Assembly: GCA_016235085.1 (NCBI GenBank)
Contig: JACRMA010000016.1
Location: 10,425-74,424 of the forward strand
Reading direction: 5' to 3'
Origin: Candidatus Zixiibacteriota bacterium
GTDB taxonomy: Bacteria; Zixibacteria; MSB-5A5; WJJR01
DNA length: 64,000 bases
Shown: in pieces, positions 51,828 to 63,070 of the stretch
Position numbering within the stretch: the stretch's first letter is position 1
How the letters are laid out: each line of letters begins with the position of its first letter
Position numbers and translations under genes: made by a program
The notes under the pieces: model-generated
What the model saw: only the letters and a program-made list of their open reading frames with translations
Told to the model about the DNA's origin: nothing
Database searches by the model: none

Positions 51828-52943
51828 TTACTTGTGGCTGGTGTTCTGCACGAACGGCGGTCTGATGATTGTGGCTGGGACCGCATTGCCGCGAATCACG
51901 ATGCCGATCGTCCCGCCGATCTTGCTGTGCTCGGTGGCGACATACCCCATGCCGATTCCCTTGTCGAGACTTGGCGAATGGGTTCCCGAAGTCACAACAC
52001 CGGCCACGGCTCCGTTGACCTGGATATCGCAGCCGTGACGGGGGATGGCTTTTTCATTGAGCGTGAACGCGACCAATTTGCGTTTGGAACCGCCCTGCTT
52101 CGCTGCCAGCACATGCTTACGGCCGATGAACTCGATTGGCTTGTCGGGTTTGACGACCCAGCCGAGACCGGCGTCGATGGGATTGGTGGTGTCGTCGATG
52201 TCGTTGCCATAAAGGGCGAATTTCATTTCAAGACGAAGCGTGTCGCGCGCCCCCAGACCAATCGGGAGGATGCCGAACTCTTTCCCCGCGGCCATCGCGG
52301 CATCCCAGCAGTCGAGCGCCATGTCGTTGGGCAGATAGATTTCGAATCCATCTTCGCCAGTGTAACCCGTCCGGGAGAAGACAACATTCTTCCCCATGAC
52401 CTTCCCCTCGGCGGCGTGGTAATATTTGATGGAAGCGAGGTCGAACTCCGCCATCCGCTTCATGACCGCCTCAGCCATGGGTCCCTGGATCGCGATCAGG
52501 GCGGTCTCGTCCGAACGGTTGGTCAGTTTCACTCCCGGCGGGCAGTGCTTCTGCAGCCAGGCAAAGTCTTTATCGAGATTCGCGGCGTTGACAACCAGCA
52601 GCGCCCGTCCTGGCAGATTGTAGATCAACAAATCATCGACGATGCCGCCGTCGTCGTTGAGCATCAGCGTGTACTGTGCCTGGAAAAACTGCAGCGATCC
52701 GACGTCGTTGGTGGTCATACGTTCGAGGAATTCGAGTGTGCCCGGTCCCTGGACCTCGAATTCGCCCATGTGGGAGAGATCGAAAATCCCCACGCTGTTG
52801 CGCACGGCGCGGTGCTCCGCAATGATGCTGGAGTACTGAATCGGCATGAGGTAGCCGGCAAAGGGCGCGATGCGCGCGCCAAGCGCCTCGTGACGGGCAA
52901 GCAGGGGAGTGGGTTTCGCGGTTGTGTCTGTATGTGTCGTCAT
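51828..52943 (-). CDS. gcvT: Glycine cleavage aminomethyltransferase T
   Basis: FDLSHMGE, SRTGYTGEDGFE, GLGARDTLRLE. Confidence 0.97.
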   Translation of the reverse strand: MTTHTDTTAKPTPLLARHEALGARIAPFAGYLMPIQYSSIIAEHRAVRNSVGIFDLSHMGEFEVQGPGTLEFLERMTTNDVGSLQFFQAQYTLMLNDDGGIVDDLLIYNLPGRALLVVNAANLDKDFAWLQKHCPPGVKLTNRSDETALIAIQGPMAEAVMKRMAEFDLASIKYYHAAEGKVMGKNVVFSRTGYTGEDGFEIYLPNDMALDCWDAAMAAGKEFGILPIGLGARDTLRLEMKFALYGNDIDDTTNPIDAGLGWVVKPDKPIEFIGRKHVLAAKQGGSKRKLVAFTLNEKAIPRHGCDIQVNGAVAGVVTSGTHSPSLDKGIGMGYVATEHSKIGGTIGIVIRGNAVPATIIRPPFVQNTSHK

Positions 52944-52976
52944 GATTCCCGTTGTCCTGGTTTGGAGATCATTCGC

Positions 52977-54902
52977 CTACGCATGCTTCTTCGTGTAATT
53001 GAGCAGACCGCCTTCAATCAACACCGCCCGGCTCGATGGCGAGAGATCGCATTTCAATTCGAAGGAGAATCCCTTCGTCTTGTTCGTGGCTTTGAGATTT
53101 CCGCCATTCTTGATCGTCTCGACCACATCGGCGATTTCGAGCACGTCACCCTGCGCAATCTTGTCGTAATCAGTGGGATTGGCGAATGTCAGCGGCGGGA
53201 TGCCGAAGTTGATCAGATTGGCGTAATGAATCCGCGCGAACGACTTGGTGATCACCGCGCGTACGCCGAGAAACATCGGCGCCAGCGCGGCGTGTTCACG
53301 CGAAGAACCCTGCCCGTAGTTGTCCCCGCCGACGATGATGCCGCCGCCTTTTTCCTTGGCGCGCTTGGGGAAAGTTGAGTCGACCCGCTCGAAAACGTAT
53401 TCGGAGATCGCGGGAATATTCGAGCGCAAAGGCAGGACTTTCGCTCCTGCCGGCATGATATGATCGGTTGTGATATTGTCGCCAACTTTGAGAAGAATCT
53501 CGCCGCTGATCGTTGGGGTCAATGGCTTCTGGATCGGCAGCGGCTTGATGTTGGGTCCGCGCAGAATCTCAACGGTGCTTCCGTTGGATGGCGCCTTGAT
53601 CACCATGGCATCATCAATGACGATCTCGGTCGGGAGCGTGATCTTGGGCTCTACTCCCAAATCGCGGGGATCGGTGATGACGCCGGTCAGCGCGCAGGCG
53701 GCGCACACCTGCGGCGACGCGAGATAGACATTGGCGTCCTTCGTACCGGAACGCCCCTCAAAGTTCCGGTTGAAGCTGCGGATCGACACGGCGCCCGATG
53801 ACGGCGCCTGCCCCATGCCGATGCAGGGACCGCAGGCCGACTCGATAATGCGTGTTCCGGCCGCAATCATATCGGTCAGCGCGCCAGTCTGTGAGATCGC
53901 CGTGAACACCTGCTTGGAACCGGGGGTTACGGTCATGCTAAGGTTCGGGTGGACATGCTTTCCTTTGAGAATGGCCGCAGTGACCGTCAAGTCGTACAAT
54001 GAGGAGTTCGTGCAGGACCCCACGCACACCTGATCCACCTTCAATCCGGCGACATCGCGCACCCGGACGACTTTGTCAGGTGAATGCGGCTGTGCCAGCA
54101 TCGGCTCGAGCTTCGACAGATCAATCGTGATTTCCTCATCGTACTTGGCATCAGGATCCGCGGCCAACGCCTTCCAGTCGGCTTCTCGTTTCTGGAGTGC
54201 GAGGTATTTCCGGGTGTTCTCGTCCGACGGGAAAACGGATGTGGTGGCTCCGAGTTCGGCGCCCATGTTTGTGATCGTGGCGCGTTCGGGGACTGTGAGT
54301 GTGGCCACACCTTCACCCGAATACTCCATGATCTTGCCAACCCCGCCCTTGACCGTCAATTGGCGCAGGACTTCAAGAATAACATCCTTGGCCGCGACCC
54401 AGGGCTGCAGCTTTCCTTTGAGATTAATGCGCACGACTTTCGGCATCGCCAGATGAAACGCGCCGCCGCCCATGGCGACCGCGACATCAAGACCGCCGGC
54501 GCCGATCGCCAGCATGCCGAGGCCACCGTTGGTGGGGGTGTGAGAATCGGAGCCGAGCAGTGTCTTGCCGGGCGCACCGAATCGTTCGAGGTGCACCTGA
54601 TGGCAGATGCCGTTGCCGGGACGTGAGAAGTCGATACCAAAACGCGCGGCCACCGACTGCAGGTAGCGATGATCGTCGGCATTCTCGAATCCGGCCTGAA
54701 GCATATTGTGATCGACGTAGGAAACAGAACGTTCGGTCTTCACCCGGTCGATTCCGAGCGCTTCGAATTGCAGGTAGGCCATCGTTCCGGTGGCATCCTG
54801 CGTCAGAGTCTGATCGATGCGAATCGCGATCGGCTGTCCTGCTTCGGGTTTTCCCTCGACAAGATGAGCCTCGATAATCTTTTGCGTAATGTTCTTTCCC
54901 AT
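52977..54902 (-). CDS. acn: Aconitate hydratase (short type)
   Basis: QDATG, GICHQ, DSHT, GSCTN, CGPCIG, TTDHI, GSSREHA. Confidence 0.93.
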   Translation of the reverse strand: MGKNITQKIIEAHLVEGKPEAGQPIAIRIDQTLTQDATGTMAYLQFEALGIDRVKTERSVSYVDHNMLQAGFENADDHRYLQSVAARFGIDFSRPGNGICHQVHLERFGAPGKTLLGSDSHTPTNGGLGMLAIGAGGLDVAVAMGGGAFHLAMPKVVRINLKGKLQPWVAAKDVILEVLRQLTVKGGVGKIMEYSGEGVATLTVPERATITNMGAELGATTSVFPSDENTRKYLALQKREADWKALAADPDAKYDEEITIDLSKLEPMLAQPHSPDKVVRVRDVAGLKVDQVCVGSCTNSSLYDLTVTAAILKGKHVHPNLSMTVTPGSKQVFTAISQTGALTDMIAAGTRIIESACGPCIGMGQAPSSGAVSIRSFNRNFEGRSGTKDANVYLASPQVCAACALTGVITDPRDLGVEPKITLPTEIVIDDAMVIKAPSNGSTVEILRGPNIKPLPIQKPLTPTISGEILLKVGDNITTDHIMPAGAKVLPLRSNIPAISEYVFERVDSTFPKRAKEKGGGIIVGGDNYGQGSSREHAALAPMFLGVRAVITKSFARIHYANLINFGIPPLTFANPTDYDKIAQGDVLEIADVVETIKNGGNLKATNKTKGFSFELKCDLSPSSRAVLIEGGLLNYTKKHA

Positions 54903-54989
54903 TTGAGCCTCCATATATAAAGCGACGGCTACGATAATGGCCGCTCATGCGAGCATCAACCGAATTCGCCGGGTGTCTTCATTGTTGTG

Positions 54990-57881
54990 TCAATTCCCGT
55001 TGGCAGGTTGCGTGACGGCTTTGGACTCACGCGCCGATGATCTCCGTTTCGACGAGTTCTTCGCGTTTAGTTCTTCGCGCAGGAATTGTCCCGTGTATGA
55101 CCTGGCACTGCGCGCGACCTCTTCCGGCGTGCCCACGGCGACAACCTCGCCGCCTTCTTCTCCACCTTCGGGCCCCAGGTCGATGATCCAGTCGGCGGTT
55201 TTGATGACATCGAGATTGTGCTCAATCACGACGACCGTATTGCCCCGCTCGACCAGCTCGTTGAGCACACCCAGGAGCATCTTGATGTCTTCGAAATGCA
55301 GCCCCGTGGTGGGTTCGTCCAGAATGTAAAACGTCCGGCCCGTCGCGGTCTTGGATAGCTCGGTGGAAAGTTTGACGCGCTGAGCTTCGCCACCGGAAAG
55401 CGTGGTGGCCTGCTGTCCGAGATGGATATATCCGAGCCCGACTTCGGAGAGCGTGAGCAGTTTCTTGTGAATGCGCGGGAAATTGGCGAAGAAATCGAGC
55501 GCTTCCTCAACGGTCATGTCGAGAACATCGGCGATGCTCCTCCCCTTGAATGTGACTTCAAGGGTCTCGCGATTGTAGCGCTTCCCCTTGCAGACTTCAC
55601 AAGGCACATAGACATCCGGCAGGAAGTGCATTTCAATCTTGATGATGCCGTCACCCTCGCAGGCCTCGCATCGCCCGCCCTTCACATTGAATGAGAACCG
55701 TCCAGGGGCGTAGCCGCGAATCTTGGCTTCCGGAAGTTGCGCAAAAAGATCGCGAACGAAGGTGAAGACGCCGGTGTAGGTGGCGGGATTCGAGCGTGGG
55801 GTGCGGCCGATGGGAGACTGGTCGATGTCGATCACCTTGTCGATCGCTTCCAATCCTGAGACGCCGCGGTAAACCAGCGGTGTGGTCTTGGCGCCATAGA
55901 ATCGCTCGGCCAACACGCGATACAGAGTCTCGTTAACCAGTGTCGATTTGCCGGACCCCGAGACACCGGTCACGCAGGTGAGAACGCCGAGCGGAAAATC
56001 GACGCTGATCTCCTTGAGATTATTCCCTTTCGCTCCGGCAATACGAACCTGCTGGCCGTTCCCGTGACGCCGTTCACGCGGTACAGGAATCTTCTTTGTG
56101 CCGGCGAGATACTGTCCGGTCAAAGACGCCGGTGTGCGGCGGATCGTTGACGGTGGTCCGCTGGCGACGACCCAACCGCCCTGTTTGCCGGCACCTGGGC
56201 CAAGATCAATCACGTAATCTGCCGACTCAATCGTCTCGCGATCATGCTCCACGACGAGCACCGTGTTGCCCAGATCCCGCAGCCCAAGAAGTGTGTTCAA
56301 CAGACGGCGATTATCGCGCTGGTGAAGCCCGATCGACGGCTCATCTAAGATGTAGAGCACACCGACCAGCCGTGAGCCGATCTGAGTCGCGAGCCGTATT
56401 CGCTGTGCCTCGCCGCCCGACAGTGTTTGTGCGGAGCGATCGAGGGTGAGATAGTCAAGACCGACGTCGATAAGGAAGCTGAGTCGCTGGTTGATCTCTT
56501 TGAGAATCTGCCGCGCGATGTGTCGTTCGCGCGGACCTAATTTCATATCGGAGAAGAACTTCACGGCGCCTTTGATGGGCAGTTGCACGACATCATTAAT
56601 CGACCGGTCATTGACGCGAACCGCGAGCGCTTCGGGTTTCAGCCGGGCGCCGTTGCAAGCCGGGCAGGGGATAAAGCGCATGTACTGCTCAATCCACTGC
56701 CGTACCGCGTTCGATTCGGTTTGCCGGTAGCGGCGCTCGAGATTGGGGATTACGCCCTCGAACTTCCCGGTGAATTCACCTTTGCCCCTGCCGTCGCGAT
56801 TCTCATAGCGGAACGTGAATTCTTTGTGGCCGGAACCGTAGAGGATGACACGCTGCGCTTCTTTGGAAAGATCACAGAAACGCGTGCGGAAGTTGAAGTT
56901 GAAGTGAGCGGCTACCCCACGCAAAAGGAAGCGATACCAGTTGGCAGGATCCTCCCCCCACGGTTCAATCGCGCCCTCGAAGATGGACAAAGTTGGATTG
57001 GGGACGATGAGTCCGGGATCAATCTCCATCTTATTCCCCAGCCCGCTGCACGTCGGGCAAGCACCGAACGGGGAGTTGAACGAAAACAGGCGCGGCGCCG
57101 GCTCTTCAAAAGAGATTCCGCACTCGGGACAGGCGGAGCTCTCCGAGAAGACATGTTCTTCACCGCCATCAATTGCCACTCGGGCAGCACCGCCCGCCAG
57201 CCGCAAGGCGGTTTCCAGTGAGTCTGCCAGGCGTGATTTGACAGACGGGCCGGACACGAGACGGTCCACCACCGCCTCGATTGTGTGTTTGGTTTTCTTG
57301 TTCAGAGTTGGCGTATCTTCGAGGTCGACGATCTTGCCGTCGACACGAACCCGGACGAGCCCTTTCTTCTTGATCTGTTCAAAGACCTCGCGGTGCTCAC
57401 CTTTGCGTCCTTCGACCAGTGGGGCAAGAATCACAAATCGGGTCTTGGCCGGCAGTTGCATCAAATGATCGACCATTTGCGAGACGGTCTGCCGCCGGAT
57501 GGGGCGGTTGCAACGGAAGCAATGTGGGACACCGATGCGCGCGAACAGCAGGCGCAGGTAGTCGTAGATCTCGGTTACCGTCCCCACGGTGGAGCGCGGG
57601 TTCTTCGCCGAAGTCCGTTGTTCGATGGAGATTGCCGGTGAAAGGCCGTCGATAAAGTCGACATCCGGCTTTTCCATAAGTCCCAGGAATTGCCGTGCAT
57701 ACGCAGACAACGACTCGACGTAACGGCGCTGGCCTTCGGCATAAATCGTGTCAAAAGCGAGTGACGACTTGCCTGAGCCGGATAAGCCTGTGATTACCAC
57801 GAGCTTATCCCGTGGAATCTTCAGGTCGATCGATTGGAGGTTGTGTTCCCTTGCGCCTTTGATCTCTATGAAACCACTCAT
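54990..57881 (-). CDS. uvrA: Excinuclease ABC subunit A
   Basis: Two Walker [12 protein letters not shown] modules and zinc fingers. Confidence 0.98.
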   Translation of the reverse strand: MSGFIEIKGAREHNLQSIDLKIPRDKLVVITGLSGSGKSSLAFDTIYAEGQRRYVESLSAYARQFLGLMEKPDVDFIDGLSPAISIEQRTSAKNPRSTVGTVTEIYDYLRLLFARIGVPHCFRCNRPIRRQTVSQMVDHLMQLPAKTRFVILAPLVEGRKGEHREVFEQIKKKGLVRVRVDGKIVDLEDTPTLNKKTKHTIEAVVDRLVSGPSVKSRLADSLETALRLAGGAARVAIDGGEEHVFSESSACPECGISFEEPAPRLFSFNSPFGACPTCSGLGNKMEIDPGLIVPNPTLSIFEGAIEPWGEDPANWYRFLLRGVAAHFNFNFRTRFCDLSKEAQRVILYGSGHKEFTFRYENRDGRGKGEFTGKFEGVIPNLERRYRQTESNAVRQWIEQYMRFIPCPACNGARLKPEALAVRVNDRSINDVVQLPIKGAVKFFSDMKLGPRERHIARQILKEINQRLSFLIDVGLDYLTLDRSAQTLSGGEAQRIRLATQIGSRLVGVLYILDEPSIGLHQRDNRRLLNTLLGLRDLGNTVLVVEHDRETIESADYVIDLGPGAGKQGGWVVASGPPSTIRRTPASLTGQYLAGTKKIPVPRERRHGNGQQVRIAGAKGNNLKEISVDFPLGVLTCVTGVSGSGKSTLVNETLYRVLAERFYGAKTTPLVYRGVSGLEAIDKVIDIDQSPIGRTPRSNPATYTGVFTFVRDLFAQLPEAKIRGYAPGRFSFNVKGGRCEACEGDGIIKIEMHFLPDVYVPCEVCKGKRYNRETLEVTFKGRSIADVLDMTVEEALDFFANFPRIHKKLLTLSEVGLGYIHLGQQATTLSGGEAQRVKLSTELSKTATGRTFYILDEPTTGLHFEDIKMLLGVLNELVERGNTVVVIEHNLDVIKTADWIIDLGPEGGEEGGEVVAVGTPEEVARSARSYTGQFLREELNAKNSSKRRSSARESKAVTQPANGN

Positions 57882-58346
57882 GTCTCCGCGTCCTCGGTGC
57901 TGAGGTTGGGAAAACCCGAACTGGGTAATCTACCCAACCGCCACCGGTTCCGCAATCATTTGGACGAATTTGTCACTACGAAGATTTGGTGGATGGAATA
58001 ACGTGCCGTGTCGTGGGTAGAGTATCGCGGCCACATGTACTCAGTGGTGGGGGAAAAGGATGCATTGGGTTGATCTGGCGTATGGGACGGACAGGATTAA
58101 GAAGATTGAAATCGGACACCCTTGGGATCGCGGGCAGATCAACCATGTGCCGAAAACCAACGGGACGAAGCACGTGCGACTGCGTGAGTCGAGATTCTTG
58201 CCCGGCAAAAAGCGTTTGACCCGAGGCTTTGGAGTTGTTTAATTGTGGCTCGTTTTTTTCGGGAGACCGGATTGACCCTCGTTTTGGATGAAAACATGCA
58301 TGGAGCCGAGAAGACAGGGGGAATGCCTTTGGAACTGACGAGACAG

Positions 58347-59807
58347 ATGAAGTCCATGTGGGGCAGAGCGTTCGTGATGATCATGGGATTGGCCATGTTC
58401 GCGACTTCCAGTTCCTTCGCCGGCGGTTTGTCCTATGCCGGAGTCGGGGTCAGGGCGCGGGCAATGGGCGGTGCCTTCCGGGGTGTTGCTGATGACTGGA
58501 GCGCCGCCAGTTACAATCCGGCCGGGCTGGCCTTCATGAAGGCCAGCGAATTGAACGTCTCGCTGGGGACTTATACCCCCGGTTTGGCGTATACCCCAAA
58601 CCTGTCCGCCAACGGTTACGACATGGGGTTCAAGGACCGGCAGAAGCGTTATCCGCTCGACGAACTCTTTCCGATTCCCTCTTTTGGCGGTGTCGGTGTC
58701 CCCTCGGAATCCAAAGGCTGGGTGTTCGGCGGCGCGATCTACTGGACACAGGACGCCAATTATGGATGGGACCTGTTCAAGGCGCCCGACACTTATTACA
58801 ACGATTATCAGTTCGCGGAGGGTAATTTCCGGACGGATCTCGATGTGATCGATTTTCACCCGGTTGCCGCGAAGAAGATCAACGACAATCTGTCGGTCGG
58901 TGCCGGTTTGTCGCTGACGAATGGGGATCTGGTCTTCCGGAAGGTCCTGTTCGTCGCGAATCCGTTCGGGGCACCATTTGACGATTATCCTTACGACCAT
59001 TTCCTTGGGGATTTCCGGATTGACGGCAAGGGGTTCTCGGTTGGTGCCAATGGCGGCGTTCTCTGGAAGTTGAACGACAAAGTTTCGCTCGGGATCAGTG
59101 CGCAGACGCCGGTCACGATCAAGGTTAAGGGGAACGCGACGTTGAGCATGGCATGGCCAAAAAACACTGCCTTGGCCACGAAGCAGTTGACGGTTGTGGT
59201 GGAGGGTGACACTCTTAAGCCGGATGTGTTCTTTTCTGGCAATTACAGCATTGGGAATTCCCGGAAGTCCGATGACTTCCGGCCCTTCAAGATGGATCTG
59301 CATCTCCCGGCGCAGTTGGGAGCGGGATTGGGCTGGACGGCCTCTTCCAAGCTGACTCTGGCCTTTGATGCCGTGGTGACGTTCTGGTCGGTGATGGACA
59401 AGTGGGTCATCAATTTCGAGGACGGCGGTTTGAACACCGGGGTGTCACACCTCGACAAGGTTGAAGTCCCCTTCAACTGGAAGGATCAGATTCGCCTGTC
59501 GGCCGGTGCCGAGTACATGGCGCGTGAGGATCTGGTGCTGCGCGGTGGACTCTACTACGACGGGACCGCGGCGCCGGATTCCACATTCGGTCCAGGTTTC
59601 CCGGACGTCGGCAACCGGGTTGGCCTGACGTTTGGCGGATCGTACATGCTCAATGGACATTTCGAAGTGGGTGTGGCTGAGGATCTCGGTTTTTACTCGA
59701 AGCGTAATGTTCCAACCTCCGCCAATGGCGTGGGGCAGACGGTTTATCCCGGCGAATACAGTGCACTGAGAGTTGAGACACTTCTGTCGATGACATACCG
59801 GTTCTAA
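58347..59807 (+). CDS. FadL/OmpP1-family outer-membrane channel
   Basis: Signal peptide, RA.AMGGAF...ADD.SA..YNPAGL hatch motif, terminal YRF. Confidence 0.88.
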   Translation: MKSMWGRAFVMIMGLAMFATSSSFAGGLSYAGVGVRARAMGGAFRGVADDWSAASYNPAGLAFMKASELNVSLGTYTPGLAYTPNLSANGYDMGFKDRQKRYPLDELFPIPSFGGVGVPSESKGWVFGGAIYWTQDANYGWDLFKAPDTYYNDYQFAEGNFRTDLDVIDFHPVAAKKINDNLSVGAGLSLTNGDLVFRKVLFVANPFGAPFDDYPYDHFLGDFRIDGKGFSVGANGGVLWKLNDKVSLGISAQTPVTIKVKGNATLSMAWPKNTALATKQLTVVVEGDTLKPDVFFSGNYSIGNSRKSDDFRPFKMDLHLPAQLGAGLGWTASSKLTLAFDAVVTFWSVMDKWVINFEDGGLNTGVSHLDKVEVPFNWKDQIRLSAGAEYMAREDLVLRGGLYYDGTAAPDSTFGPGFPDVGNRVGLTFGGSYMLNGHFEVGVAEDLGFYSKRNVPTSANGVGQTVYPGEYSALRVETLLSMTYRF

Positions 59808-61162
59808 TGGATGAGGCAATGATGAGAATCTCGAAACGACATACCAAATCTGGTCTCGGCGCCGCGCTCGCGATCCTCGCGGTTGTGTATGGTTGCTCAC
59901 AGGGTGACAATCCGGTTGATCCTGCCCGGCCGACCCCCGGAGTGGCCGGAACCCAGATTCTTGGGTTCCCGGTTCTGGCCAATAATCCGTGGAATGATCC
60001 GACTGGCCGGGTTCTCTCGGTGGCTTTTGCTTCTGATGCCTCCCTGAACGTGCCCCAACAGCCCTTTCCGGTTCTCTACCTGCTTCACGATTTCGATGGT
60101 GACGCCAAGTACTTCGAGCAATACAATTTACAGGGTATTCTCGAGGATCTTTATCGCAATGGCGAGATTGGCCGGATGATGGTCGTGACGGTTGATGCCG
60201 GCAATTTCTTCAAAGGCTCCTACTATCGCAATTCGGCAGCGTCGGGACAGTATGCGGATCTGGTCGGCAGCGTCATCGCGCACGTCGAGCGGACCTTCCG
60301 CGTGTACACACAGGGTGGTCGTTCGGCGCGGGCGATCGCGGGGCATGGCATGGGAGGATTCGGTGCGATGCGGTTCGCCATGGATCGGCCGGACCTGTTT
60401 GGATCTGTCTCTTCGATGTCCGGGCCACTCTCGCTGGGTGGAGCCGATGGCAATTCGGGCGTGTTCACCTGGATCGATTCAGTTTTCGCTGAGAACAATG
60501 TGACGACCGGGAACGACTCGGCGTACCTGCAGATCTTCCCGTCGTGGGACCGTAAGTACACTCGGCGGCTGATCGCGATGGCCATCGCGTTCTCGCCGCA
60601 CGCTCTCGAGCAGTTGGTTCTTCCCCCGCCACACGATACATGCTGGGTGTGCAAACGGCCGCTGGGACTCTGCGACGGCCCCTGGCAATACGAACCTTGC
60701 GCGCCCTGTTCCTCATTCACCCGATTCGACGCCTATTCGACGACGATCAAGATCGCAACGCTTGAGAAGAAGCGGACTTGCGTCGACACTTCGATCTTCG
60801 TCAACCCGAAGCCTCTGGGAGTTGACCTTCCGTTCGATTCCCGGCGCGAAAAGATCGCCGCGGTTTGGCCGCTCTGGCAATCCCAGGACATCAAGAGTTG
60901 TTTTGTCGCCAATCCTCATATCTTCGACAGCACGGCGGTGTATTTCGACTGTGGTGTTGACGATGATGAGCGGGAGTGGGGATACATCTCCCAGAACCGT
61001 GACTTCAATACCGCGATGGCGGGCACACCGCATGTCTATGAGGAGTATCAGGGATTCGGTGGCGTGCCGGCGGGACATTCCCAGTTCCTTCAAGAGCGTC
61101 TCCGCGAGATCATTAAGTTCCACGACAAACAGTTCAAGCACGCGCCGGGACCACCCCGCTAA
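59807..61162 (+). CDS. Esterase-family alpha/beta-hydrolase lipoprotein lacking the catalytic Ser
   Basis: Lipobox VYGC, PVLYLLH, GHGMGG in place of GHSMGG, DCG..D, GH; TAATG overlap with upstream gene. Confidence 0.8.
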   Translation: MDEAMMRISKRHTKSGLGAALAILAVVYGCSQGDNPVDPARPTPGVAGTQILGFPVLANNPWNDPTGRVLSVAFASDASLNVPQQPFPVLYLLHDFDGDAKYFEQYNLQGILEDLYRNGEIGRMMVVTVDAGNFFKGSYYRNSAASGQYADLVGSVIAHVERTFRVYTQGGRSARAIAGHGMGGFGAMRFAMDRPDLFGSVSSMSGPLSLGGADGNSGVFTWIDSVFAENNVTTGNDSAYLQIFPSWDRKYTRRLIAMAIAFSPHALEQLVLPPPHDTCWVCKRPLGLCDGPWQYEPCAPCSSFTRFDAYSTTIKIATLEKKRTCVDTSIFVNPKPLGVDLPFDSRREKIAAVWPLWQSQDIKSCFVANPHIFDSTAVYFDCGVDDDEREWGYISQNRDFNTAMAGTPHVYEEYQGFGGVPAGHSQFLQERLREIIKFHDKQFKHAPGPPR

Positions 61163-61184
61163 TCCGCGATTCCAGCAAAGACTA

Positions 61185-61221
61185 CGCCCCGTCTTCAGAA
61201 TGAGGACGGGGCGATTTCTTT
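61185..61221 (+). terminator. Intrinsic terminator
   Basis: CGCCCCGTCTTCA-GAA-TGAGGACGGGGCG followed by ATTTCTTT. Confidence 0.75.
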
Positions 61222-61245
61222 GTGGGAGGCAGATACCGCCCGAAC

Positions 61246-62838
61246 TCACGTAGGAAGCGATCGCGCTCGGCTGGGCGCGGCCGGCGGAAATTCGACGATG
61301 AATTCCGCTCCGCCATTGGGACCTGAACCGGCGGCCACGCGGCCAACAATTCGATGAACGGCGAGAAGTCCGAAGCCGTGCTTGCCTGGTTTGCTGGAGA
61401 CCGTCTGATTGAAGAGGCACGGCCGCACTTTCGGCGCCAAACCGGGTCCGTCGTCGGCAATACGGATGCGCACAAGTCCATCGTCGTGGGCGTATTCCGT
61501 GCCGATCCAAATCGTGCTATGTGCCCCGGCGGTTTCGGCCAGTGCCTCCGCCGAATTGAGCAGGAGATTGTAAATTGCCTGCTGGATGTCGGCGGGATTG
61601 CACGTGACCGGCGGGAGGTTGGATGAAAGGTCGGTCTTGAAGATTACCTTCTTGAATGTTCGCTGCGGCCGGAGGAAGGCCACCAGATTGGTCAGGAAGG
61701 AATTGATATCCAACTGTGCGGTCGCTCCCCCGCGATGACAGGCGCTGAGCATGTCGTCCGTAAAGACCCGTACACGATCCAGCGATTGACGAATGTTGTT
61801 CAGGCAGCGGCCCGCCTTCTCTGGATGTCCATTTCCCAAGTGCATTTCGAGCAACTCTGCGTTGCCCGACAAGACGGCCAGGTGGTTGTTCAGTTCGTGG
61901 GCGATTTCCGCGGCCATCTCGCCCTTGGCGGCGAGCCGGTCGCGCTGGATGGCTTGTTCCTCCCGCGAACGGGACTCTGTCCGATCTTCCAATAGCCACA
62001 GGCCCGCGGGCTCCTCATTGCCGCCACCGGCAATCGGCGTGACCGTTGCGCGGCAGAGCAGATTGCGACCATCGAGTCCGCGGAGTTCCAGTTCGCCTGC
62101 CCAGGGATCTCCTGCTCCCAACGCAGCCTCGATTGTCGAGACGGCTTCCGGTGCGACCGGGCAAAGCCACGCCCAGATATTGCGGCTGTGGGAATCGCCG
62201 AAGAGGCGTGTGGCTGCCGGATTGGTGAGGCGGACATTGTGACTCGCATCGGTCAGCACGACGGGGTAGGGCGAGACGGTCAGGAAGCAGTCGCGAGTTG
62301 ACAGGGCCGCTTCCAGTTGGTCATTCGTGGATTCCAGATGCGCGAGCAGCTCTTTGAGACGATCCCGTGCCTGCTCGAGGGTGGCGTTCTTCTCTTCCAG
62401 TTCCTGCAGCCGGGCAGCGTCAATGTCCCTGATCCGTGCGGTCAGCACCCGCAATATCTTGGTGGCCACCGCAGGGTGCTTGGCGAGAATCTCGTAGAAC
62501 GCATCGCGCGACAATGTGAAGAAGTCACATTCGCCCACGCACACGACTGTTACATTGCGGGGCGAAGAATCGATTAACGCTGTTTCGCCGAGCATGTCGC
62601 CGGGACCGCGACGTCCCACTTCGTACAGCACACCATCGCGAACCCGCTGCAGACGGACATTGCCCCGCCGCACGACATAGAGTTTATCGCCTGTCTCACC
62701 TTCGCGAAAGACCGTCAGGCCGGCCGCCAGATGTTGTTCTTCAAGATACTGGCGGATTGAAGCGAGATAATCGGTGGGCAGGTCCATGAAGACCTCGGCC
62801 CGAACCAGCACCATGCGAGCAGTATCCGTCAATTTCAT
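61246..62838 (-). CDS. Cytoplasmic histidine kinase with cNMP-binding and PAS domains
   Basis: GE.ALID..PR, IAHELNN, NLLLN, DDGPG, GFGL. Confidence 0.9.
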   Translation of the reverse strand: MKLTDTARMVLVRAEVFMDLPTDYLASIRQYLEEQHLAAGLTVFREGETGDKLYVVRRGNVRLQRVRDGVLYEVGRRGPGDMLGETALIDSSPRNVTVVCVGECDFFTLSRDAFYEILAKHPAVATKILRVLTARIRDIDAARLQELEEKNATLEQARDRLKELLAHLESTNDQLEAALSTRDCFLTVSPYPVVLTDASHNVRLTNPAATRLFGDSHSRNIWAWLCPVAPEAVSTIEAALGAGDPWAGELELRGLDGRNLLCRATVTPIAGGGNEEPAGLWLLEDRTESRSREEQAIQRDRLAAKGEMAAEIAHELNNHLAVLSGNAELLEMHLGNGHPEKAGRCLNNIRQSLDRVRVFTDDMLSACHRGGATAQLDINSFLTNLVAFLRPQRTFKKVIFKTDLSSNLPPVTCNPADIQQAIYNLLLNSAEALAETAGAHSTIWIGTEYAHDDGLVRIRIADDGPGLAPKVRPCLFNQTVSSKPGKHGFGLLAVHRIVGRVAAGSGPNGGAEFIVEFPPAAPSRARSLPT

Positions 62839-63070
62839 GTAGCGTCCCGCCTTTGGATCGCAGTCATCGTGCTTCGGCGATATTCGATAGTACTCGCCTC
62901 TTCCAAAGTATCGGCCTGTACTTGACCGGCATTCACGATCAAATCCCAATCGTGTCACCCGTCACGATCGGGGCTCGTAACTGAAGCGCATTCGCTGGCA
63001 AAATGAGAGATTTAGGTGTGGAAATCCTATGGAGCGTTCAGAATCTGCACAGTTGTGCAATCTGAGCACG

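Noticed and set aside
51819..53378. Long ORFs such as 51819-53378, 41882-43033, 15974-17065 and 58239-59303
   Set aside because: Antisense shadows of well-supported genes in GC-rich DNA; no motifs.
57904..57939. Imperfect palindrome upstream of uvrA as an SOS box
   Set aside because: Matches no LexA consensus I can recognise; single occurrence.
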